Assembly (NCBI GenBank): GCA_025603075.1
Contig: MU626402.1
Coordinates: forward strand, 1-49,978
Origin: Neoconidiobolus thromboides FSU 785
Lineage: Eukaryota > Fungi > Entomophthoromycota
Length of the DNA stretch: 49,978 bases
Direction: 5' to 3'
Shown: positions 36,453-46,271 of the stretch, piece by piece
Position numbering within the stretch: the stretch's first letter is position 1
How the letters are laid out: each line of letters starts with the position of its first letter
Translations under genes and position numbers: made by a program
Notes under the pieces: generated by a model
The model's database searches: none
What the model saw: only the letters and a program-made list of their open reading frames with translations
What the model was told of the DNA's origin: nothing

Positions 36453-36983
36453 TCAATAATTATAATCCCCACAACCAAAGGTTTGTGTCCAATAATAATC
36501 AGCCATGCCAGCTCCCATCTCCGTAAACTCTGGGTTAACCATATTACGATAATGGCCTGGAGAGTTGACCCAAGTATTGACTACTTCTTCCACTGATTGT
36601 TGATTATAAGCTACATTTTCGGCTTCACCTGAAGAACGGTAACCTGTGTTCCGTATTCTTTCAAAAGGTGATGATCCATAAATCCCACTATGAGACATCC
36701 TTCCTACTTGAGCTTGGTATTCTGAATGTAACTGTGCAGCTTTATTTAACTTATGATTATAGGTTAAAGGACGCGATCCCACGTTTTCTCTCTCACGGTT
36801 AACCAAATAAATCATGTAATTATAGTCAAAGTCACCATAATCGCCATTATTATTATAACTTGGATAGTCATTAGAAATATGACTAGCTGCAGTTAATTTG
36901 GCATTTAACAAGTTTTGGTGTGTAGTCAAAGGATTTCCCTTTAAAAAAGTGAATAAAAAAGTAATAATATAAATAATATGCAT
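36453..36983 (-). CDS. Secreted CAP/SCP (PR-1-like) protein, bacterial YkwD-like type
   Basis: Hydrophobic N-terminus; LVNRER...PL...KLNKAAQLHS...MSH...ENVA...W.NSPGHYRNM...G.G...YWTQTFG. Confidence 0.85.
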   Translation of the reverse strand: MHIIYIITFLFTFLKGNPLTTHQNLLNAKLTAASHISNDYPSYNNNGDYGDFDYNYMIYLVNRERENVGSRPLTYNHKLNKAAQLHSEYQAQVGRMSHSGIYGSSPFERIRNTGYRSSGEAENVAYNQQSVEEVVNTWVNSPGHYRNMVNPEFTEMGAGMADYYWTQTFGCGDYNY

Positions 36984-36984
36984 A

Positions 36985-37042
36985 TTAAATATTGAGATTA
37001 AATATTGAGATTAAATATTGAGATTAAATATTGAGATTAAAT
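36985..37042. repeat. 13-bp minisatellite (TTAAATATTGAGA) x4.5
   Basis: Four perfect units at 36985, 36998, 37011, 37024 plus TTAAAT, ending 1 nt before the CAP start codon. Confidence 0.9.
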
Positions 37043-38184
37043 GAAGATGTATGAGTTTAAGATTTCAAAAGACAGATATCAATGAATGATTATATATACT
37101 AATTTAAGGACAGTTAGGAAAATAATTCTCAAGTTTCAAAAAAAGTTACTTTAAATGAAACTAGGAAAAATAAAAACATTCAAATTTTTTAAATAATTTT
37201 ATAGTTAATAACCAGCCTACTTTATTTTTTTCTGCCACTTTATGCTCTTCGTTATTATTGTTTAATTTTCTCCAGTTTTCTCTGACTTATTTTAAGTTAA
37301 CGTGTCTTTTTTCATTGTTTATGAAATTTTATAGGACTTTATTTTTTTGGCTAACTTTATTTTGTTGATACATTGTATGATGATTTAATAGACAAAATGC
37401 CTAAGTAAAGGTGAAAGGTTTTAATAGATAAAAAATAATAGTATATAATGTAACTAAAAGTTATTTTTTTAATTACTATTACGTTTTAGCCTTTAGAGAT
37501 TATTTATTAATAAATTGTCTGACAATATTAATATTCGATAATTTAGTTTCAGCATCAAAATAATGTTATCACATAAAAATTATAATCTAAATATAGAAAT
37601 TCGAAACCTAGGATAATTATATTCATTATTGTTCCATTTAATGATTGTTATCTTTACATAAAAAAACATCTCAATGATAGAACTGTGCTAAAGTTTGATA
37701 AAATAATTGCTTTTTAAGCTTATATAAACATTCTTTCTACCTTTTTAGCAGAATTTAGTAATATTCTTATTTTTTTAATACTGTTATTATTATATACAAT
37801 AAAAAAAATTAAAAAATACTAGAACATTAGATGTGATTACTAATCCTAAATAAAGGTGAAGCATAACAACACAAAATTGAAAATAAATCGGCCTATTATT
37901 TTGCTTCATGCTGCAACATTAAATGAATTTTTAAATTTTCATGAAGGGGTAAAATAATATTTAATGATTTAAGTTCAAAATGAGCCAATAACTTTGAAAC
38001 TAATACTAATTTCAAGAACTATTAATAAGCTAAAGGGATTGATTTGAAAGCAATAACAAAAATATATACAAAACATACATAAAGAATACACAGTAATTAA
38101 TAGAACCGAAAAGATATAAATACCAAGAAAAAGTTGAGAAAACTAATATTAAAAATAATTTAATTGTTAAACTTAGATCAAAAA

Positions 38185-38940
38185 ATGGCCGTTATTAATA
38201 AACCAAAAGTTTTTATTGTATTTTACTCCACTTACTCTCATGTATACAAATTAGCTCAAGCTATTAAAGAAGGTGCAGAAAAGGAAGGAAAGGTAGAAGT
38301 ATCTATTTATCAAATCCCCGAAACTTTATCTGAAGAAGTATTAAGTAAAATGGGTGCTCCTGCTAAACCAGATGTACCTGTAATTACTCCTGCCTTACTT
38401 AAGGAAGCTGATGGTATCTTATTTGGATTTCCAACTCGTTTTGGTACTGTACCAGCTCAATTAAAAGATTTTATTGATTCTTGTGGTCAATTATGGGCTA
38501 CTGGTGCTTTAAATGGTAAACTAGGTGGTATTTTCACTTCCACTCAAACTCAGCATGGTGGTCAAGAAAGTACTGCTTTCACTTTCCTTACTGTACTTAC
38601 TCATTTTGGTATGCTTTATGTACCTAATGGTTACTCTACTCCATTAATTCAAGAAGATAAAGAAGTTATTGGTGGTTCTCCATGGGGTGCTTCAGTTGTT
38701 GCTAAAAATGATGTACCATCTCCAAATGAGAAAGAAATTGAAATTGGTAGAATTCAAGGTCAGAATTTTGCTAATTATGTAGCCAAATTTAATTCATCCG
38801 TTCCCCAAGAATCTACTGTTGTAGTTGAACCAGAAGTTAAAAAAGTAGAAGCTCCTAAATCTGAAGTTAAAACTGAAAAAGTCGAAAACAAAACTAGTGG
38901 CCTCAAAAAATTATTTAAACGTTTATCTATCCTTAACTAA
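38185..38940 (+). CDS. WrbA-family flavodoxin-like NAD(P)H:quinone oxidoreductase, copy 1
   Basis: IVFYSTYSHV, ADGILFGFPTRFG, DSCGQLW..GAL.GK, QHGGQEST, GGSPWGA; ATG at 38185. Confidence 0.9.
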   Translation: MAVINKPKVFIVFYSTYSHVYKLAQAIKEGAEKEGKVEVSIYQIPETLSEEVLSKMGAPAKPDVPVITPALLKEADGILFGFPTRFGTVPAQLKDFIDSCGQLWATGALNGKLGGIFTSTQTQHGGQESTAFTFLTVLTHFGMLYVPNGYSTPLIQEDKEVIGGSPWGASVVAKNDVPSPNEKEIEIGRIQGQNFANYVAKFNSSVPQESTVVVEPEVKKVEAPKSEVKTEKVENKTSGLKKLFKRLSILN

Positions 38941-39369
38941 ACCTAGAAGGTACAATCCCGTTCCTTAATACCTTTATTTAATAAAATAATATTTCAATGC
39001 TATTCATTCAGCCTTTAATATAAATAAAACTGTTTGTTATACTTTAACTTTATAGCTAATATTAATTATGAATGTTTTTAAAACAATAGATATTATAATA
39101 ACAACTAAATATTTTAATACCCTGAAGTTTGAGGCTTTATATGCAAATATAAAAAAGGCTGATATCGACCATACTCACTATAGTTAGATTTGTTTTTTAT
39201 AAAACCCTTTTTGATTTAAATTTAAATATTCCAATGTGGCCTCAGAGCAATAATAATGGATATACATTAGAAACAATGTACATAAATAAAGCATAAAAAT
39301 CATTAAACACTTATCATTAATAATGATCAATGTATAAAAAATTTACTAGAAATTTTATTTTCAAAGACC

Positions 39370-39472
39370 ATTTGGAGGCGTATTTTTTTTGTTCAAGGAT
39401 TTTATTAATAGTCTTCCCGCTCAAATAGTGCTTAAAAATAGAAAAAGTGATAAAACTAAGAACATTCCCATT
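39370..39472 (-). mobile_element. MITE-like element copy H
   Basis: TTTGGAGGCGTATTTTTTTT...AAGAACATTCCCATTT with reverse-complement core. Confidence 0.75.
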
Positions 39473-39765
39473 TTATAAGTTTAAAGTACTAAAGAATTTT
39501 TTTATCTATTCTTCACATAAATGGTAAAGATTACTAAGATGACTATAAGATAAAAAAGTTAAAGATAGTAAAAGGTATAATAAACATTAAGATTAACTTA
39601 GTTTTTTGATCATTATTTTTGAAACTTTTGCTTACAATAGTTAAATAAACTTTAAATTTTTTGCATAAAGCTTAAAATAAATAATGAATAAAAAGTACCT
39701 ATAAATAAAAAATCTGTTACTGGAATAACTATATCTATATTCAAGATAACAATAGACTGAACAAT

Positions 39766-39872
39766 ATATAAGGATGTTTTTTTTGGTTTCATCACTTTTT
39801 CTATTTTTTGAGCGTTATTTGAGCGGAAAGATTATTACTAAAATTTTAAATGAAAAAATACATCCCCATATA
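39766..39872 (+). mobile_element. MITE-like element copy I, about 370 bp upstream of the P450
   Basis: ATATAAGGATGTTTTTTTT...AAAAAATACATCCCCATAT with family core. Confidence 0.8.
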
Positions 39873-40238
39873 TTTGATAATCACAATTAAAATTTATTAA
39901 CAAATTTCAATACTATATTCACAAAGTGTAAGATTAAAATTTCTTTTTAAGTAAAACTTTAAGCTTTAATGAAAAGATTAATTTTTATAGTAATCCCGGT
40001 TAAAAATTTTCTCCAATTTTATTACACTTCAATTTTTTTTAAAAAAACTTTAACTTTAGACCAAGGCACTTTAAAATTACCCATTAATTACCAAATTTAG
40101 CTCAAGTTAATTTACTTGGCAGAGTTAGTTAATAAATCATTAAAGTTTAAAAATCAATAGTTAAAGTAGTATAAAAAGGCTATCATACTCTTTGATTTTA
40201 GTTATTATACTTCATTAACAGAACTCCAATATTTAATC

Positions 40239-41761
40239 ATGTTCTATTACCTTTTGCTTTTTGTCTCATTGGTATCATTTATAGCTTATAAAAGATCCAA
40301 ATTATTTCAAATTCCAGAGCATTTAAAACATGTACCACAAGTATCATCCATGGACAACATATTATCTTTTATTAAAGGAGAATCATTTGCTATTCGACAT
40401 AAGAAGTTTTTTGAACCTGTTATGAAAGAAACAGAATATGCAATGATGTGGCAACAAGGGAATTGGGAATTGTTAGTATCAGATACTTTAAGTGTTAAAT
40501 ATATATTAAATAATACAGATGTATTTTTAAAGAAGAAGGAGGAAGCATTTACAAAAGATCAATTGGGTTATAAACTTTTTGGTAGTTCTAATATTGTAAA
40601 TAACGATACTTTGGAGTGGAAACGTCATCGTCGTATTATTAATCCAGCTTTTAAAAAATCTTGGTCAACTGAGTTATTTGGTGATTGCACTAATGAATTC
40701 ATTAATATTATTGAAAAGAAGGGTGGTCAACCAGTTGAAATACGTACCCTTCTCCAACATCTTGCATTAGATATATTAGGAAAAGGTTTATTTAGTTTTG
40801 ATTTTGAAGCAGTTAAAAATGGTGATAAAAGTGAAATGTTATTTACTTATAATGAGATAATGAAAGGTTTATTTAATCCTATTTATTTCTTATTTCCAAA
40901 ATTAGAAACAATAATACCATCTCGTCAATATTATCATCTTAAAAATGAAGAGTTTCGTTCTTTTTTAATTGATATTATTACACTTCGTAAAAAAGAGATT
41001 GAAAATGGAGATGCTAAAGAGGATTTACTTACTTTAATGCTCAAAAATTCATTGGAATCTAAGGAAGATTGCTTAACTAATGAAGAAGTTGTAAACAATT
41101 TAGCTTCTTTTTTTTTAGCTGGCCATGATACTACCACCAATGCACTTACATCAGCTGTTTATTTTTTAGCAAAGTATCCACAAATTCAACAAAAAGTTCG
41201 TAATGAAATTATTCATGTTTTAGGTGCTAATGAAAATACTATTCCATCTCATGAAAAACAAAAACAGTTGATTTATCTAAATTGTTTTATTAAAGAAACA
41301 ATGAGATTCATTCCAACAGTTAGCTTATTAAAACGTTATTGTATTCAAGATCAAGTTTTACCTAACAATTTACTTGTTAAAAAAGACTCTTTTGTTTATT
41401 GTTATCTTTGGGGATTACATCACAATTCAAAGAATTTTCCAAATCCAGATCAATTTGATCCAGATCGATTTTTAGATCCTTATGGTGAGCAATCTAGTTC
41501 TTGGATGCCATTTAGTGGCGGGTCTAGATTATGTAATGTTACTATATTTTTGTTAATTTTTATTAATAATTTTGTTTAGGTGTTGGTATGAATTTTTCAT
41601 TGATTGAACAAAGAATTGTACTTTGTTTATTATTACAAAAATTCCAAATTCAGTTAGGTCCGAGATCAAAAAATTGGGAATCTCCTTTACTTTCTGATAC
41701 TGGCTTTATTCATATAAAAGATTTAGATATCCAATTTATTGATATAACTAATTGTGTTTAA
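40239..41761 (+). CDS. Cytochrome P450 (resembles zygomycete CYP509-type), one intron 41533-41579
   Basis: N-terminal TM, WKRHRR (C-helix), FFLAGHDTT (I-helix), KETMR (ExxR), FDPDRF, spliced heme motif FSGGSRLCVGMNFS. Confidence 0.92.
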
Positions 41762-41797
41762 GATTAATATAATAAAAATACTGTTTGAAAAAGCTTG

Positions 41798-41840
41798 TTT
41801 TTTATTTTTTATTTTTTATTTTTTATTTTTTATTTTTTTT
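41798..41840. repeat. (TTTTTTA)n microsatellite in P450 3' region
   Basis: About six tandem T-run/A units. Confidence 0.7.
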
Positions 41841-42103
41841 GTTTACTAAATATATATAACTTACTTTATAGTAACAATAATAATAATACAATCTATGTAA
41901 TATTTGTTTAAATAATATTAAATTTTAATAAATCGATTTTTTTATTTTTTTATTTTATTTTTAAAAAAAAACTATTGCTTTTAAAAGCAGAAAATATACA
42001 TATTTGAATAATAAGTAAAAAACATACCTTAATAAGAAATATTACTTATTATATTATTAATTATTATCAATTCAATTTATTAAGTATTTAAATACAAATT
42101 ATA

Positions 42104-42207
42104 ATATGGAGTATTTTTTTTTATTTCATTACTTTTTCCATTTTTTAAGTGCTATTTGAGCTAAAAGATTGTAAAATTTTTAAAAAAAGTACACTCACTC
42201 TCATATA
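42104..42207 (+). mobile_element. MITE-like element copy J
   Basis: ATATGGAGTATTTTTTT..TTTCATTACTTTTTCCATTTTTTAAGTGCTATTTGAG...CTCTCATAT. Confidence 0.7.
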
Positions 42208-42387
42208 TTTAAATTAAATTTAAAACTAAGTTCCAATTTGAGTAATAAAGTAATACTATAAAAGAAGATGAACTAAACTATGTTTAACTTAAAGATATTT
42301 CGATTTAATAATAAAAATAAAAGCTAGAAAAGTATAGGAACAATTTTTAAAAGAAATGAGCCACGTACATTAAAACATGCATAAAAA

Positions 42388-42478
42388 GTAAGTGTTTTTA
42401 ATTTTATTATTCTTTTATTTTTCAAATCTTATTTAAATGGAAAAATTGTTAATGATATTTAAAAAATATATACATCTT
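42388..42478 (+). mobile_element. Highly degenerate MITE-like copy K
   Basis: CTTATTTAAATGGAAAAATTGTTAATGATATTTAAAAAATATATACATC retains the core and right end. Confidence 0.45.
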
Positions 42479-42621
42479 TAAATATTTGTTAAATTTAATA
42501 TTAATATTTTTAATCATACATAATATTAAAAATTAGATCTTTTAATAAATTAATATTAAATTTTATTTTTCTAAAATTTAATAATAATATCATAAAAAAT
42601 ATCTAATAATAAAATATTATT

Positions 42622-42727
42622 ATACGGGGATGTATTTTCGTGTTTAAGAATTTTATTAACAATTTTTCCGCTTAAATAGTGCTTAAAAATGGAAAAAATA
42701 ATGAAGTCAAAAAAAACACTCCCATAT
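42622..42727 (-). mobile_element. MITE-like element copy L
   Basis: ATACGGGGATGTATTTT...AAAAAAAACACTCCCATAT with reverse-complement core. Confidence 0.8.
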
Positions 42728-42734
42728 TTAGTAC

Positions 42735-42810
42735 AGAATTTACTAAAAAGCTTTCTGCTAAATAGCATTTAAAAAACAAAAGTGATAAAACCTAAAAATA
42801 CATTCTTATA
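42735..42810 (-). mobile_element. Partial MITE-like copy M, tandem to L
   Basis: GAATTTACTAAAAAGCTTTCTGCTAAATAGCATTTAAAAAACAAAAGTGATAAAACCTAAAAATACATTCTTATA. Confidence 0.6.
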
Positions 42811-43205
42811 TGGATTTTATTTATCTGTATTTTATAATATCTAATATTTAATAAAAAAATATAAAAAATATATATGAAATATATATATATATATAAAATA
42901 TATATTAATGGTATATTTAAATAAAATAATATAAAAAATAAATAGTACATATAAAATGATTTTAATGAAAAAAAAAATTGATGTTTTATAATCAATAATA
43001 CTAAATTTATTTCTCTGTTTCAACTATTTCAATTATTTTATTTTTAATTTATATTAAAAAATATTTAGAGCTATATTTAAGCTTATAATTTTATTTATTT
43101 TTAATATTTGAATAAATATTAATTTAAATTATTCTTTCTATTCAAATTATTTAAACAGTAATGTTAATGATAAGGATTTATTAGGAGTATCATTGAATTT
43201 TATTA

Positions 43206-43294
43206 ATTTGGAGATGTTTTTTAGCTTCATCACTTTTTTCATTTTTCAAGCGCTATTTGAGTAGAAAGATGATTAATAAAATTCAAAAAAACAT
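43206..43294 (+). mobile_element. MITE-like copy N (right TIR shortened), left arm of a palindromic pair
   Basis: TTTGGAGATGTTTTTTAGCTTCATCAC...AAAATTCAAAAAAACATAT. Confidence 0.8.
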
Positions 43295-43401
43295 ATGGGG
43301 ATGTACTTTGTTTAAGAATTTTACTAATAATCTTTCTACTCAAATAGCGCTTGAAAAATGGAAAAAGTGATGAAGCTAAAAAACATCCTCACATCCTCAT
43401 T
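43292..43401 (-). mobile_element. MITE-like copy O, right arm of the palindromic pair
   Basis: ATATGGGGATGTACTTTG...AAAAAACATCCTCACATCCTCAT (terminal ACATCCTC duplicated). Confidence 0.8.
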
Positions 43402-44205
43402 TATTGAAACAGTTTTAGAGATTAAAAGTTTTAATTAATGTTTTAACATTAATTTTATATGTAATATTATTCAACATAAATCTATATTTATATGTTATAT
43501 AAAAAATAAAAGGATGAGAGAATTCCTAATATTAAAATAAAATATAGTGCTTATTTATTAAGAATTTAATAACATCTAATAATGTTTTTAATTTTGAGAA
43601 TCTATATAACTGTATCTTATCATTTATTTTAAAACTTTTAAAAAGTATTAGAAAAATAAAAGATAAAGATAATAACTCTATTAATAATACAATTCAAAAG
43701 TTAACAATTTTATTCTATTTTTTGTATAATTTGTTTAATCATACAAGTTTATCGTTTATATCATGCAAAAAATAATTTTTAATCATTTAACCTAAATGTC
43801 TAATTAGAGAAATCGGCTATTTTGATAATAATTATATGACTAAATTTAATGTTATTTATAAACAACTGAGATTCTAATAGTTTGTATAATAATTAATAAA
43901 ATAATAAAATAATAAAATACACTTATAGTTTGATATTGACACAATTAGTCTACAACAATAGTAAATGAACTAAATGTTTAATTATCTACTAATCTTCTAT
44001 GTTTTTCAATAAAAATAATAAAAGCGAACTCAATTCAGATTCAACTTAATACAATATGTAAGATAGGATAAAAGGGTAAACTGGGTAATTTAAATCCAAT
44101 AGATTTATAAGAATAAAATTAAACAAACAAGTATAAAAACAAATAATATTTAAAATTTATTATATTTAACCTTTTAATCACTTAACGTAAACTATTATTA
44201 TTACT

Positions 44206-44973
44206 ATGGCTACTATTGTCAAACCCAAACTCTATATTGTATTTTATAGCATGTATTTACATGTATATAAGTTAGCATTAGCAGTAAAAGAAGGAGCCGA
44301 AAGAAATGGTAATGTTGAAGTAAGCATATTTCAAATTAAAGAAACGGTCCCTGAAGAAATTTTGACTAATATAAAAGCTCCGAGTAAACCAGATGTACCT
44401 GTAATTACTCCTGCCTTACTTAAGGAAGCTGATGGTGTATTATTTGGATTTCCAACTCGTTTTGGTACTGTACCAGCTCAACTAAAAGATTTTATTGATT
44501 CTTGTGGTCAATTATGGGCTACTGGTGCTTTAAACGGTAAATTAGCTGGTACTTTTAATTCTACTCAAACCCAACATTCAGGCCAAGAAACTACAGCTTT
44601 TACTTTCCTTACAGTATTAGCTCATTTTGGTATGATTTATGTACCTAATGGCTATTCATCCCCATTGATTCATGAAGATAAAGAAATTATGGGTGGTTCG
44701 CCATGGGGTGCTTCTGTCGTTGCTGTTAATACTGGGGTACAATCACCATCTGATAAAGAATTAGAAATTGGTAAAGTTCAAGGTGAAAATTTTGCTAAAT
44801 ATTTGGCTCAATTCCATGGTTTTGGTAATCAACAAAAAATCGTAAAAGAGGAGGTACCTGTTAAAACCCAAACTGTTAATAAGGATGATAGAGTTACAAC
44901 TGAACGTGTTGAAAATCCTAAAAAAGAAACTGGTTTTAAAGGTTTCCTTAAGCGCCTATCCGTTCGTAATTAA
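44206..44973 (+). CDS. WrbA-family flavodoxin-like quinone oxidoreductase, copy 2
   Basis: IVFYSMYLHV, GFPTRFG, QHSGQETT, GGSPWGA. Confidence 0.9.
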   Translation: MATIVKPKLYIVFYSMYLHVYKLALAVKEGAERNGNVEVSIFQIKETVPEEILTNIKAPSKPDVPVITPALLKEADGVLFGFPTRFGTVPAQLKDFIDSCGQLWATGALNGKLAGTFNSTQTQHSGQETTAFTFLTVLAHFGMIYVPNGYSSPLIHEDKEIMGGSPWGASVVAVNTGVQSPSDKELEIGKVQGENFAKYLAQFHGFGNQQKIVKEEVPVKTQTVNKDDRVTTERVENPKKETGFKGFLKRLSVRN

Positions 44974-46271
44974 AATATTTATTACTCCTTTTTAAATATT
45001 ATTGAATAAATATATTTGTATTATAAATTCTTCATTTTTTGTTTTCTTTTATTAACCAAGCTGGCTTCTATAAAGGCTATAGTTATTTATATATTACTTG
45101 ATGTTTAGCTAAACAATACTTTCAAATATCAAAAAAATTATAATTGATTGTTTTCAATATTACAACTGTTGGACAGCTCTATTACGACTTTTTTTGGTCA
45201 CAATTTTTATAATAAAATTATTTGTAAAGCCAATTGTTTTTAAGGACTGTTTAAATATTCTATCATTTTAATATGAATTTTTTCTTAAATCAGGACTTAA
45301 TCAGGTCACAAAAGAGCAGCAACAGTTGTAAAGCCTCCAATTAATTTTTGATTAAAAATAATTAGTGGCAAAATATTGCATATTGACAATTTATAGGCAG
45401 AAGTTGGGAATGCTTTCTACCTATTGCCCTTTTTTATTATTTTTTAGAAATTGAATTAATGCAGATGTTTAATTTTAACATGTACTGAAAAACAGTGAAT
45501 TTTATAACTAATTATTTGTCCTATTATGCTAATTTGAGACTTATTTAGTTTTTGTTTTCAAATAAACAGTTAATTAACCAGGACTCATCCAAGCTTGAAC
45601 AGCTTATTGATTAATTGATTTTTAAATTTAAAAAATAGCAAAAAAGAACTAGTAAAATAGCATCCCAGTCAGATTATGCAAATTAAGAATAGAAATTTTG
45701 AAGATAACAATCGTTTTAAAATAAGATAAAAATAGATCATCTATAATGTTATAGAAGCTATACTCCTGCTAGAAAGAAAGGTTCTATAAGTTTATTTCAA
45801 AACAAATTTATTGTAAAATGTACTTATTGAACTCGGCAAAAAGCTGATTTTATTATATATTTATAATATATAATTTATAGTGCAAAAAAATAACTTGAGA
45901 TTGAACTTACAGTAATTAGCATAAATATTATAACTAAATCATTATAATAAATAAACAAAGAGTTTATAAACTAGAAAAAAACTTAATAGATCTTAGATTC
46001 ATTTAATTATATCATCCTTTCTTTATATTTAAGGTCCCTCGACTTTTTTATCTTCTATTAATTGAAATATTCTCAACCAAAATACAAAATTAGAAATATA
46101 CTAATGAAATAAGCATATAAATAATATTGTAGGCTAAATGGAAGAATTTTAAATCAAAAGGAAACAGGTTAATTAAAGGCTAGGTATATAAAATACAATC
46201 AAGATTATTATTTCGATGATTGTTTATCCTTTATTAACTAATTCAATAATTATTTTTATATCAATTACACT

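Noticed and set aside
39173-39183. ACTCACTATAG, matching the 3' part of the T7 promoter
   Set aside because: Only 11 nt match, the upstream TAATACG is absent and there is no vector context; chance.
42571-43023. Three short ORFs (42571, 42792, 42841)
   Set aside because: MITE translation or extremely AT-rich low-complexity sequence giving I/Y/F/K-only peptides.
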